Source: a virus
Lineage: Duplodnaviria; Caudoviricetes
Reading direction: 5' to 3' (one strand)
DNA length: 64,000 nt
IMG/VR virus record: IMGVR_UViG_3300021399_000126
Span: 33,887-97,886 of that record
Shown here: positions 48,292 through 57,726 of the stretch, piece by piece
Position numbering within the stretch: the first letter of the stretch is position 1
How the letters are laid out: every line of letters begins with the position of its first letter
Notes under the pieces: model-generated
What the model saw: only the letters and a program-made list of their open reading frames with translations
Told to the model about the DNA's origin: nothing
Database searches by the model: none
Made by a program: the position numbers and the translations under genes

Positions 48292-49041
48292 TCAGCCAAC
48301 TGCTGACATAATAGCAATAACATCCTTAGGACTAGGCATGCATCCAGGTACTGCTGCAGGTGTTCCACCTTCTCCAGCAGGAGTTCCATAAAGAATACCA
48401 AGAAGAGTTGTAAGATTTGTCTTGCCCTGAGTATCAAGCTTTGTGCTATCGATAGTAATCTTAGCAGTAGGCTTATACTCTACATTATTAATAGTTCCAA
48501 CTTCCTGAGTAACAGTTGAAATCTCCCAGCTAAGAGATGCCGGTTCAGGACTATCATTAATGGTCTCATAGTTATGCTCTGAAGGGTCAGCGGTGCATCC
48601 CCAAATAAGGTGATACTTGTAACCATGATCATTGCCATCAGTATCAGAACCAACATTTGATCTGTGACAGAATCCAAACATCTTTCTTGCCTGCTGGCTA
48701 ACCATAACACCAGGAATAGGCTCTGCAGTACCATCGCAAGCATCAAACTCTTCAGGAGAGTAAAGAGCTTCAATAGTAAACTTGAAGTTCTCTGCTGAAC
48801 GCAGGGTAAGGTACTTAATGTTATCAGCATAGGTATCGTTAGCCTCTGCTCCTTCGGGAGAATGGTTAACTGCAGTAAGACCATTCCATGCTACACCATT
48901 AATATAGTTAGCTTTATAGGTCTTTGTTCCGACTGTAACATCAACACCAGTCTTGTCATAAAGATAAAGAACACCATGATCGACACCAGTCTCGTAAAGT
49001 CTTTCACCAGTCTGGTCCCACTGAATAGCGTAATCTGCCAT
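48292..49041 (-). CDS. Major tail protein
   Basis: WD..GER.YETGVDHGVLY...GVAWNGL...YADNIKY. Confidence 0.9.
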   Translation of the reverse strand: MADYAIQWDQTGERLYETGVDHGVLYLYDKTGVDVTVGTKTYKANYINGVAWNGLTAVNHSPEGAEANDTYADNIKYLTLRSAENFKFTIEALYSPEEFDACDGTAEPIPGVMVSQQARKMFGFCHRSNVGSDTDGNDHGYKYHLIWGCTADPSEHNYETINDSPEPASLSWEISTVTQEVGTINNVEYKPTAKITIDSTKLDTQGKTNLTTLLGILYGTPAGEGGTPAAVPGCMPSPKDVIAIMSAVG

Positions 49042-49056
49042 TTTTACTTCCTCCTT

Positions 49057-49365
49057 TTAAAAATACAGGTTATATACAAAGTGCCATAATCCATCAGCAG
49101 GATAAGCTCGTGAATACGAAATATAAGGTAAAAATCTTATAAATTTATCAGGTAATTCACTATCTTTATTTTGATCGATTATAGTTACTTCATACGCTTT
49201 TGTGTACATATATATGAAATTATTTGCATGCCCTACATCTGGTTTTGCAATATCATATATAATACAAGGATATTTAATTTTTACATTACTAGGAGGTTGA
49301 AAATATACATTTCTACTTCCCAGAAATTCTTCCAATTTGTTCTGAAGATCAACTCTGGTATGCAT
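49057..49365 (-). CDS. Tail terminator/completion protein
   Basis: NVYFQPP...YPCIIY. Confidence 0.75.
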   Translation of the reverse strand: MHTRVDLQNKLEEFLGSRNVYFQPPSNVKIKYPCIIYDIAKPDVGHANNFIYMYTKAYEVTIIDQNKDSELPDKFIRFLPYISYSRAYPADGLWHFVYNLYF

Positions 49366-49672
49366 TATATATACCTCCTAATGATAAAGTAAGTCGAGGG
49401 GCATTAAGAGTAATATTAGCTATTTTCCACTTAATACCCATAATCTCAACATACCTAATATTAGTGAGGTTTTCTATAATATAAGGATCTGTAGTAATAA
49501 TGATTTCATTAGTAATGGTAATATCATCTAATAAATCTTGACCTTGCTGCCATCGGCGTGATCTATTTGAAATATCACCATAATAGTTCTTCTCAACTAT
49601 TACTTCATTCCATATGCCAGGAGACGTTTCTTCTTGAACAGAAAATCCAATCTTTCCATACCATCTACTCAT
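49349..49672 (-). CDS. Head closure/head-tail joining protein
   Basis: G.IGF...E..PGIW...Y.GD...PRL.L.LGG.Y; position after capsid. Confidence 0.7.
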   Translation of the reverse strand: MSRWYGKIGFSVQEETSPGIWNEVIVEKNYYGDISNRSRRWQQGQDLLDDITITNEIIITTDPYIIENLTNIRYVEIMGIKWKIANITLNAPRLTLSLGGIYNAYQS

Positions 49673-49727
49673 ATCAAGAAAACCTCACCATTTTGAATTG
49701 TCCATTATAGCAGGACCTCTCTAATTA

Positions 49728-51875
49728 TCAGCCGTTACCAGCAGGTACAGTCTCAAGTGCAATAGCACCCTTAGGCATAACCATCATACCAGACATACGA
49801 GTCTCGATGAGGTACTTCTCCTGGTTGTAGTCGATATCAAAGTCATCGAACATAGTAACAGCGCCCTTCTTATCAGTACCAACACGATAATCCTTAAGGT
49901 TAACAATAATACCAACAAGAGTTCTAGTCTTATCGTTAGAATCAACACGAGTAGCACCCTGGAATACAGGTACAGAAATGATCTTAGTTACACGCATTGC
50001 AGATGCAAGCTCTGCCTCAGTGCCATAAAGTCTATGACCCATGGTATCCTTAAGAAGAAGCATACGAGTAATGTAATCCTCATTAGCAAAGAGAACAGTA
50101 GCACCAGATCCCTTGTAATCCTTCTTAGCAAGAACTGCCATATCGATGAGCTTAGATGCAACAGTATCATCTGTATCGGTCTGTTCAACAGTAACTGCTG
50201 CCTTAATGGTATAGAAGTCATCATCTGTCCAGATAGGCTTGATGCAAGCTTCATCAACCTTATCAGGAGATGATACAGCACGACCATCGCCGATAAGAAT
50301 TGCGCGAGCAACTTCCTCATTAAGCATAACCTTCATCTCAGCCTTAAGCCATACAACGATATCGAAATCAGTGATATCGATAATATCATTTCTATCAAGA
50401 CGCTGTTTCTTGTATACAGTTGTAGGAGATACGGATCTCTTGATAAGAGGCAGAACTTCCTCTTCCTTATATACTCTGTTTCCGTTCTTATCTACAAGGT
50501 TACCCTTTGCATCACGGAACGGCTTTCCGTTAGAATCCTTATGAAGCTCAGATGAACCAAGGAAGCCCTTTGCTCTTGCATCAGCACCGGTGATATCTGC
50601 ATATACACACTTAATCCTAGCGAAAGGACTCTTAGATACTCCATTAAGTACATCAGATACCCATTCCTGATCTCTCTGAACCATGATAGGAGTGCCATCA
50701 TTAGCATACTTATCATCAGGGAACATAACCTCAAGGTTCGTAATACCGTGCTGCAGAACAGAATTTCTAAGACTTCCTGCAGTCTTAATGTCAGCAAGAA
50801 TCGCTACCATATCATCATGAGTAAGAACGTTCTCCTGCTGCTCTTCGCCATTTGTTTCGAATAAATTTCTAGCCATCTCATTTCCTCCTTTAATATCGGA
50901 ATGTTCAACTTTTCCTTTTAAATTTTGTAACGTGTCAGCTATAATAAAGGCAGCTACTCTCTGCTGTTCTTCTGACAATGTATCCCATACTTCTTTAACA
51001 GTCTTTCCATCAGATTCTGCATGACTTAAAGCCTCAGACTCTTCTGACAAATCAGACTGCATAAGCTCATCGAGATCCTTTTCAGAAGCACTAGCTATGG
51101 CAACTATTGCATAAACAGCATCTTGCTGGTCCTTACTAAAACTATTCCATACATCTTCTACAGTTTTTCCGCTTTCTTTCATGTCAGCATGCTCAGCGGT
51201 TTCTTCAGCCTTAGATTCTTCTTTCTTCTCTTCAGATTTCTCCTCAGCTTTGGTTTCTTCCTTAGATTCTTCTTTCTTCTCTTCAGATTTCTCCTCAGCT
51301 TTGGTTTCTTCCTTCTTCTCCTCAGCAGGTTTCTCTTCTGCCTTAGGCTCTTCTTTCTTTTCTTCCTCTTCCTTCTTATCGTCAGCATGAGAAATTGTAA
51401 GATTAATTTCGCCGGGAGCATTCGAAATCACATAATCTGTGAAAATGATAGCTGCACTTTCACCTTCTTCACCATGTTCAAGATCAACGTAATCAATGAC
51501 TGCACCAGGATTTGCCCCAGATATTACAAGGCTAACCTCTTTAATATCACCATGAATTACTTCATTCTTGTTCTGATGTTTAAGATGATTTGCATAAATT
51601 GACAAATGATCTATGTCACCATGCATTACAGCTTCTCTTGCGGCCAAGGCTTGAGGATTATTATTAAATGATCCATAGCAATATACACCCTGGTCTCTAT
51701 TCTCAAGCAATACATTGCCTATAATATCTTCAGGAGTTTTGTGTCCATGCATGTAAACAAGCGGGACAATGGCTCCATCATTATCCTTAAAGGCATTGTG
51801 CTTAATCACGCGACCATCAGCGCATAAGGCATCATTCCAAGTAGCCCAACCGCTAAAATCGTACTTTTTAGCCAT
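49728..51875 (-). CDS. Prohead protease-scaffold-major capsid protein fusion (HK97 fold)
   Basis: N-terminal DFSGWAT..PLV..H..LSI..EVSLV..GANP protease; E/K-rich linker; C-terminal FDIDYNQ.KYL.ETR capsid domain. Confidence 0.9.
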   Translation of the reverse strand: MAKKYDFSGWATWNDALCADGRVIKHNAFKDNDGAIVPLVYMHGHKTPEDIIGNVLLENRDQGVYCYGSFNNNPQALAAREAVMHGDIDHLSIYANHLKHQNKNEVIHGDIKEVSLVISGANPGAVIDYVDLEHGEEGESAAIIFTDYVISNAPGEINLTISHADDKKEEEEKKEEPKAEEKPAEEKKEETKAEEKSEEKKEESKEETKAEEKSEEKKEESKAEETAEHADMKESGKTVEDVWNSFSKDQQDAVYAIVAIASASEKDLDELMQSDLSEESEALSHAESDGKTVKEVWDTLSEEQQRVAAFIIADTLQNLKGKVEHSDIKGGNEMARNLFETNGEEQQENVLTHDDMVAILADIKTAGSLRNSVLQHGITNLEVMFPDDKYANDGTPIMVQRDQEWVSDVLNGVSKSPFARIKCVYADITGADARAKGFLGSSELHKDSNGKPFRDAKGNLVDKNGNRVYKEEEVLPLIKRSVSPTTVYKKQRLDRNDIIDITDFDIVVWLKAEMKVMLNEEVARAILIGDGRAVSSPDKVDEACIKPIWTDDDFYTIKAAVTVEQTDTDDTVASKLIDMAVLAKKDYKGSGATVLFANEDYITRMLLLKDTMGHRLYGTEAELASAMRVTKIISVPVFQGATRVDSNDKTRTLVGIIVNLKDYRVGTDKKGAVTMFDDFDIDYNQEKYLIETRMSGMMVMPKGAIALETVPAGNG
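51211..51312. repeat. Tandem 51-nt (17-aa) duplication in the scaffold linker
   Basis: EETKAEEKSEEKKEESK twice. Confidence 0.85.
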
Positions 51876-51896
51876 TTTGATTTTTTCCTCCTTATT

Positions 51897-53183
51897 TTAT
51901 TTAAAATTGCTTAAAGGTTGATCCAAAGGACTTTCATAATTTGGAGATTCTTCACCAGATTCCTCATTATTAGTCAGAATTGGATTATCTAATTGCTGAT
52001 CTGTAGCATTTAGATTCTTGTTTCTGAGCTCATCAGCCCTTGGATCATCAACTGGCCTGAATCCTAGTTGAGCTCTGAGTTCATTAGAAGACAGGATCTC
52101 GTCTCTAGTCAACGTATCTGCGATATTAGCAATATTGCTTGCAGTCATTAACTTGAACGGCTCCTCAATAAAGATTATTTTCTGTCCACGAGTTCTAGCA
52201 TTAGTAGACAGGAACTTTCGAGTCATTTCAAGTGTAATAGCAGCTAAAATTGGCTCGATAGTTCGATTTATATAATTTAACATAGTTTGCTCGTCAGCAG
52301 TTCCATTAAACACCGACTCAGGCATACCTAACTGGCTGTATAGCATACTCGTCAAATATTCGACCTGCTTCATAATGTTATTTTCAACTGGACGATTCAA
52401 CTGTGTTATTGACTCTGTGGTATCTGCATAAGCTATTCCGTATTTTGAATTTGCTAATTGATTTTCTATATCTTTTCTTCTTTCTTCTGCTTGTGCTTTC
52501 CTTGCGTCATTTCTTATTGTATATGGTAATTTAATAATTAAATCTAATTTACCGCTTCCTGATTGTTCGTCTATTGCATCTAGCAAATTCAACTTTCTTA
52601 TAAGTCGTTGCAATACTGAATTTCTATCATTCATTATTGAATAAAATGGATTTTCTATAATCGCAACTGTTTTCTTATCAACTATTATATCTTGTTTTTG
52701 TCCAACTAGTTCATTGTATACATTAATTTTTACATGTTTTGGATACCACTCTAATACACGACCAACGCGCATATCTTTTATGTCAAAAGCATTAGTATTT
52801 GGATTTACGTCTGTTATAATTGGTACTAACACAACTACTCCAGCATCTAACATTGTTATTACAGCGTCTTCTATAAGTGCTCTGCCTGTTTGATCAATAT
52901 TGGCAGATAATTTTAAGCAATTATTTAAGTCAGAGTCTACTTCTTTCTTAAATCGTCCATTGTCATCTGTTTCTGCATGTATAATTTTACGATCAGCTAC
53001 ATCAACGGAAATTCTATTGTATATAGCATTAACAATTGATCGATCATTACCCATCGTAAGTCGTGGACGATCTGGTTGATAAAAAGATCCATACCCAAGA
53101 TCTTTATACTGAACAAGATCATTAGTCGGATCTCTTCCTAGAAATGCATTCCAGGCATGTGATAGTCTATCTATAAATGACAT
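51897..53183 (-). CDS. Portal protein
   Basis: AIYNRIS.DVA, SGKLDLII.LPY, NE.R..LG motifs; upstream of capsid. Confidence 0.9.
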   Translation of the reverse strand: MSFIDRLSHAWNAFLGRDPTNDLVQYKDLGYGSFYQPDRPRLTMGNDRSIVNAIYNRISVDVADRKIIHAETDDNGRFKKEVDSDLNNCLKLSANIDQTGRALIEDAVITMLDAGVVVLVPIITDVNPNTNAFDIKDMRVGRVLEWYPKHVKINVYNELVGQKQDIIVDKKTVAIIENPFYSIMNDRNSVLQRLIRKLNLLDAIDEQSGSGKLDLIIKLPYTIRNDARKAQAEERRKDIENQLANSKYGIAYADTTESITQLNRPVENNIMKQVEYLTSMLYSQLGMPESVFNGTADEQTMLNYINRTIEPILAAITLEMTRKFLSTNARTRGQKIIFIEEPFKLMTASNIANIADTLTRDEILSSNELRAQLGFRPVDDPRADELRNKNLNATDQQLDNPILTNNEESGEESPNYESPLDQPLSNFK

Positions 53184-53193
53184 AACTTATCTC

Positions 53194-54096
53194 CTATTTC
53201 TTCTTACGTTTTTTCTTAGATTTTCCACTTCCACTAGATCCTGGAAGTAAATAATCACTGTTCCAACTATCATAGTAAGTGGGCTCATAATAATAGCGCC
53301 ATTCACCATTTACTTTCTCTTTATCTGCATATTTGTAATCATTATCAGATTTAGGAGTATCATTTACTATCTCACCTTGAACTCTTTCATATTTTGATGA
53401 TTCAGATTTTGTTTCTTGTTTTGGTGTTTCTGCTTTTGGAGCTTCTTGTTTGGCTTTTGCTCCATATCTGCTAAATTCTTCTCCACTTTCACGAATCATG
53501 TTCTTAATGATATCTTTTATTTCATCATCTTTAGCATTGTTATAAGCGGTATTAAGATTTACAACTTTCTCTTTAGCAGCATTTCGATTATCAACATTTT
53601 TCTGTTTTTTCTCTGATTTCTTATTTTCAGCCTGATATTTGGTTATGCCATCAGTTACCATATTTCTAACATCGGGACCAAACACAGCTTCAATAGCAGC
53701 TCCAACAGCATTTATCTCAAGATTACTAAGCATCTTTGTTCCACTTTGTTTGACTGAATCACCAACTGCTTCGACTGCTTTATTCTTAAGATTTCTTATC
53801 ATCTTATCAGCGGTATCAGTTCCAAGAATTTCACCCATTTCTTTCTCAAGAAGCAAACGAGATTTATACTCTTTTATCTCTTCAGAAGTCATGGTTTTCA
53901 TATTCTTATTAACTAATTTCCTAGCTTTTCGAACATCTTTCTTGGTGAAATTCATGACCTTTCTACCGTCTGACATTTCTCCGCCACGATAAGCGATAGC
54001 TTTTACGACATCGTTTAACGGATACGGAGGTCCATTTTCTACACCCCATTTTTGGCCTTTTATGCCGTGATGGGATAGATATGATTTATATAACAT
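53194..54096 (-). CDS. HHGIKGQKWGV-tag (DUF7211-like) protein
   Basis: YLSHHGIKGQKWGVENGPPYPL N-terminus; C-terminal YKY...NGEWRYYY motif. Confidence 0.75.
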   Translation of the reverse strand: MLYKSYLSHHGIKGQKWGVENGPPYPLNDVVKAIAYRGGEMSDGRKVMNFTKKDVRKARKLVNKNMKTMTSEEIKEYKSRLLLEKEMGEILGTDTADKMIRNLKNKAVEAVGDSVKQSGTKMLSNLEINAVGAAIEAVFGPDVRNMVTDGITKYQAENKKSEKKQKNVDNRNAAKEKVVNLNTAYNNAKDDEIKDIIKNMIRESGEEFSRYGAKAKQEAPKAETPKQETKSESSKYERVQGEIVNDTPKSDNDYKYADKEKVNGEWRYYYEPTYYDSWNSDYLLPGSSGSGKSKKKRKKK

Positions 54097-54107
54097 ATCA
54101 GGCCTCC

Positions 54108-54989
54108 TTACTTTCGTTTAAATAGTTTATTTATAATACTCATTCCTTTATCAGCAATACTATCAACAAACTCTTTTCTTGCTGCTTTTCGACATTCTGC
54201 TCTATATTCTTTTAATCTAGCCTTCTCTTCCTCAGCCATTCTTAAATTTCTTTTATACTGAGCATACGTTGCTGCATCTTTTGCACGAGCCATTGATTCC
54301 TGATTTCTAATATATCCACCAACTTTACCAGGATCTCTTACCGTATTGCCATCTTTGTCTTCATAGTAAAGATTTTTAAGTTTATAAGCGCCACTATCTC
54401 TCATTCTTTGATAGCGTTCATAATCTTTCTTTGTCTGTTTCGCTTCATTTTTTAAATCTTTAAGACGTTGTTTTCCATCTTTGCTCATAGAAATTCTACC
54501 AGTTTTATCATTATAATCATAGTAGTAATTTCCATTTTTCCATTCAGAATTGTCAATGGTGACTTTCGGTGTATCAAATTTATTAGTTGTTCCAGATTCA
54601 GAATTGGCTTTTTTCGTTTCACCATAAACGTATCGCCATTTTCCATTTTTTATAAATCTTGATAAATATTTATGGTCCTGTATTTTGAAATTTTTATCCC
54701 AATGTGTAAGATCATTAGAATCTAACATATCTGAATGTTGGGCTCGATTATTTCTAAGCCATTCTTTAGCCAACATGACTTCTTGTTTGTCATGTGAATA
54801 TTTAATTATTTGTTCGGCTTTCCATACTTTCTCAAGATGTTCAAATTTCTTAGCATCATTATCAGATTTAAATACCAATGGAAGCCATTCAGAATGACCG
54901 GTCACATATTCATATGTTTCGCCATTCCAAACCCATTCACCTCTGTTATTGACAAGACGACCATTTACTTTTTTATATGAATCGGCCAT
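54108..54989 (-). CDS. Basic head-region protein with an HKY..NGKWRY motif
   Basis: LTHWD...HKYLSRFIKNGKWRYVY. Confidence 0.7.
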   Translation of the reverse strand: MADSYKKVNGRLVNNRGEWVWNGETYEYVTGHSEWLPLVFKSDNDAKKFEHLEKVWKAEQIIKYSHDKQEVMLAKEWLRNNRAQHSDMLDSNDLTHWDKNFKIQDHKYLSRFIKNGKWRYVYGETKKANSESGTTNKFDTPKVTIDNSEWKNGNYYYDYNDKTGRISMSKDGKQRLKDLKNEAKQTKKDYERYQRMRDSGAYKLKNLYYEDKDGNTVRDPGKVGGYIRNQESMARAKDAATYAQYKRNLRMAEEEKARLKEYRAECRKAARKEFVDSIADKGMSIINKLFKRK

Positions 54990-55000
54990 TTTGAATCTCC

Positions 55001-55258
55001 TTACTTATAATTATCTATTATTTTATACTCATCACCAACATCTAACACTAAAGGGTTAAAAACTGAAACCTCTTTTGTATTTTTATTGATGATAAATGAT
55101 GAATCTAATGGCATATTTGGTTTCTGATCATCAGTTATAGCTTTATAATTGTTTGGAACTGTGCTGAATAAGAAATATTCCTTATACTCTATACAGGCTA
55201 TAATTTTTCTAGTTCCAATACTTTGTTTAACTATATTATACCCTTCATTAGCTGTCAT
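55001..55258 (-). CDS. Putative immunity protein
   Basis: 85-aa gene overlapping the 3' end of the papain-fold toxin gene. Confidence 0.5.
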   Translation of the reverse strand: MTANEGYNIVKQSIGTRKIIACIEYKEYFLFSTVPNNYKAITDDQKPNMPLDSSFIINKNTKEVSVFNPLVLDVGDEYKIIDNYK

Positions 55259-56378
55259 AATTCTTACCCTTTCTATTTCCAGCAATCATAACTTGATCAT
55301 CGACGTCTACATAACTAGCCATCTTATCTGATATTTCAAGATTATCTGCTCTAAAATAATTTACATATCCGGATTTTCTTAAAACACGATAAATATCATC
55401 TTCTGATTCATAAATTGTATTGCTTTGACAATCTCTAAATATAACCTTACCATCCGTTTTTTCCCAAACAATACTATGCCCGCCAACTAACCCAAAAGGA
55501 GGAGTCCATGTTAAACACAAATTGCCGTAGGCTCCGTCTGGATAATCATTTATAATATTATTTACAAACTCTTTACTTTCTTCTTTAGAAAATCCTTTTT
55601 GAGGATTGCTAGCTGTAATGTCTACATTTTTAGCGTCTTGATAACAATTTGCTATATTATCAAATGCTTCCCCGTCGGTATCATATATTGCTGATGAAGA
55701 AATGCCACGTCTATTTAAATCATACGATAATGTACAGCTATAACAATTATTAGCCCAACCACTATCCTTGGTATTATACTTTGGATTTATTTGATCCATT
55801 ATCTGTTGCTTTTGATTATCTGTCATTGGTTGAGCTTTTGTTGGATGATCATCAGATTTAGCAGCTTCTCTTTGTTTAGTATTATCGTCATTCCATGTTT
55901 TCGCTTGTTTAGCAAATTCATTAGATGCAACTAATAATGAAGCTGCCGTAACAATCAATCTTGCGGCTATTAAACTAAGTATTCCTATGCCAACTATAGC
56001 AGCAGCTGGTAAAGCTTTCGATTTCTGATTCTCTTCTATATACTTTTTAGCTTCTTCTCTAGCTTGTTTTATTATATCAATTTCTGAATTTACTTTATTT
56101 TGAGCTTTATCTATAATATTATTTGTTTGATCTTTAATTGTATTGGATGCTGTGGTAATAGCTGATCGACCATTATTATAAGTTTTTTCGGCAACTGCTT
56201 TTCCTGCATTGTATGCATTATTAACATATACCTTTGCTGATTTAGATACTTGATCAGCTTTATTTTGTACTTTTTTAGAGGTGTTTTTAGCTGTATTATA
56301 AATATATTGCCATTTACCATTAACCCACTCTTTAGCTTTATACTTATGTTGGTCCCAACTCCAATCTGTTTTAGCCAT
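55248..56378 (-). CDS. Papain-fold toxin/deamidase (Tox-PL-like) with N-terminal tag and TM helix
   Basis: INP....NNCYSC...RRG...W....GGHS..WE......DCQ, a Cys-His-Asp pattern. Confidence 0.7.
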   Translation of the reverse strand: MAKTDWSWDQHKYKAKEWVNGKWQYIYNTAKNTSKKVQNKADQVSKSAKVYVNNAYNAGKAVAEKTYNNGRSAITTASNTIKDQTNNIIDKAQNKVNSEIDIIKQAREEAKKYIEENQKSKALPAAAIVGIGILSLIAARLIVTAASLLVASNEFAKQAKTWNDDNTKQREAAKSDDHPTKAQPMTDNQKQQIMDQINPKYNTKDSGWANNCYSCTLSYDLNRRGISSSAIYDTDGEAFDNIANCYQDAKNVDITASNPQKGFSKEESKEFVNNIINDYPDGAYGNLCLTWTPPFGLVGGHSIVWEKTDGKVIFRDCQSNTIYESEDDIYRVLRKSGYVNYFRADNLEISDKMASYVDVDDQVMIAGNRKGKNYDS

Positions 56379-56393
56379 TATTAGGACCTCCTT

Positions 56394-57005
56394 TTATAAT
56401 TTTATTTCTCCTTTTTTCAAACGATCATTAAGATCTGCTGTGTCTAAAGTTTCGGATAACATTCTTCCTGGTATACCTAAAATTATTTGCATCCCATTAC
56501 CGGATTTTAAATAATATTTTCCAAGATCTGTGAGTTCTTTACTCATTCTAGTTTTATTCATCTCTTTTACTATATTATCTACATCTTTTTGAATGGCTGC
56601 AATATTTTTTAAAATATCTTCTTGACTTGAATATTTATCTTTTAATTTATTTAATTTCTTATATGCTACTTGTACACTTTTATCCATATCTTTATATGCT
56701 CGATATTTATTAGAAATTACAGATCCTGATCCCCAACCAACTTTTCCTTTTTCTTTATATATATCTTTAATTATATTATAAGCATTATTAGACTTATTTA
56801 CACTTGTTAAAAATGGATTCTTAGCATTGTATCTTTTATTAACTTTTCCAACAATTTTATTAGCTTTCTTTTCAGCAGCACTATAATCTTTAGATGGAGA
56901 AAGAGGATACGGAGGACCATTTTCTACGCCCCATTTTTGGCCTTTTATGCCGTGGTGCATGAGGTAATCTGAATCCTCTGAAATTTGATATTTAAACTCA
57001 CTCAT
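56394..57005 (-). CDS. HHGIKGQKWGV-tag (DUF7211-like) protein
   Basis: YLMHHGIKGQKWGVENGPPYPL N-terminus. Confidence 0.75.
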   Translation of the reverse strand: MSEFKYQISEDSDYLMHHGIKGQKWGVENGPPYPLSPSKDYSAAEKKANKIVGKVNKRYNAKNPFLTSVNKSNNAYNIIKDIYKEKGKVGWGSGSVISNKYRAYKDMDKSVQVAYKKLNKLKDKYSSQEDILKNIAAIQKDVDNIVKEMNKTRMSKELTDLGKYYLKSGNGMQIILGIPGRMLSETLDTADLNDRLKKGEIKL

Positions 57006-57370
57006 GACAGTATACCTTCTCTTTCTGCATCTGCTTTATAATTAAGACGCCATTCTATTTCTTTTAATCTTTCAATTGCTGAATTCATAGCATTTGGTGT
57101 GAAGGCATCAGGATCAAATAAAATTCTTGTCTTTATTTTGACATAATCCTTAATACCTGCATATTTAATAGCATCTGGTATTATCTGAGACCATACTTCA
57201 TCACCAGTCTCAAGTATGAATCCACCTTCAGGGCCTACACCCATCTGATTTAAATCCATTAGGACAGTGTTTATATGGCCGATAAGCTCTTCATCATAAG
57301 CGGTCACTCCTGAATCTAGAGTTATTCGACAATATGCTTTAACATCGTCCAATATTTTTGTATCGGCCAT
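57002..57370 (-). CDS. Head-tail connector (gp6/gp15-like adaptor)
   Basis: ILD.VK...(Y/F)D..L..HIN....L.Q.GV...FDP...EWRL. Confidence 0.8.
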   Translation of the reverse strand: MADTKILDDVKAYCRITLDSGVTAYDEELIGHINTVLMDLNQMGVGPEGGFILETGDEVWSQIIPDAIKYAGIKDYVKIKTRILFDPDAFTPNAMNSAIERLKEIEWRLNYKADAEREGILS

Positions 57371-57387
57371 ATTTTGAGTCTCCTTTA

Positions 57388-57690
57388 CTAATATCTTCCA
57401 AGTTTTTCATCTTCAGTTAAATAAGCTGTTGCATATGAACCATCATTAGCCATTAATAAATATTCAACTAATTCTCTATATTTTAGTTTATTGTAATCGC
57501 TCAAACCTTTTATAGTAACATCTCCATATTTACCAACTATATTATCTGCTAATCTAAATGCTTCTGATTTATATTCATTTATAGCATTATTGTAACTATC
57601 TTTTAACTGTTTATAAGTTTTATCATTTATATATAATGTATCTTGTTCATTATCATAATAATTGCCTTCAAATACCAATATTTCAATCAT
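57388..57690 (-). CDS. Hypothetical protein, possibly an orphan C-terminal module
   Basis: Shares (L/I).GKYG.(I/V) with the upstream protein; the SD-proximal ATG (57706) is out of frame. Confidence 0.45.
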   Translation of the reverse strand: MIEILVFEGNYYDNEQDTLYINDKTYKQLKDSYNNAINEYKSEAFRLADNIVGKYGDVTIKGLSDYNKLKYRELVEYLLMANDGSYATAYLTEDEKLGRY

Positions 57691-57726
57691 TTTTTCTATT
57701 TGACATAAGGGTAAATCCTCCTTTTA

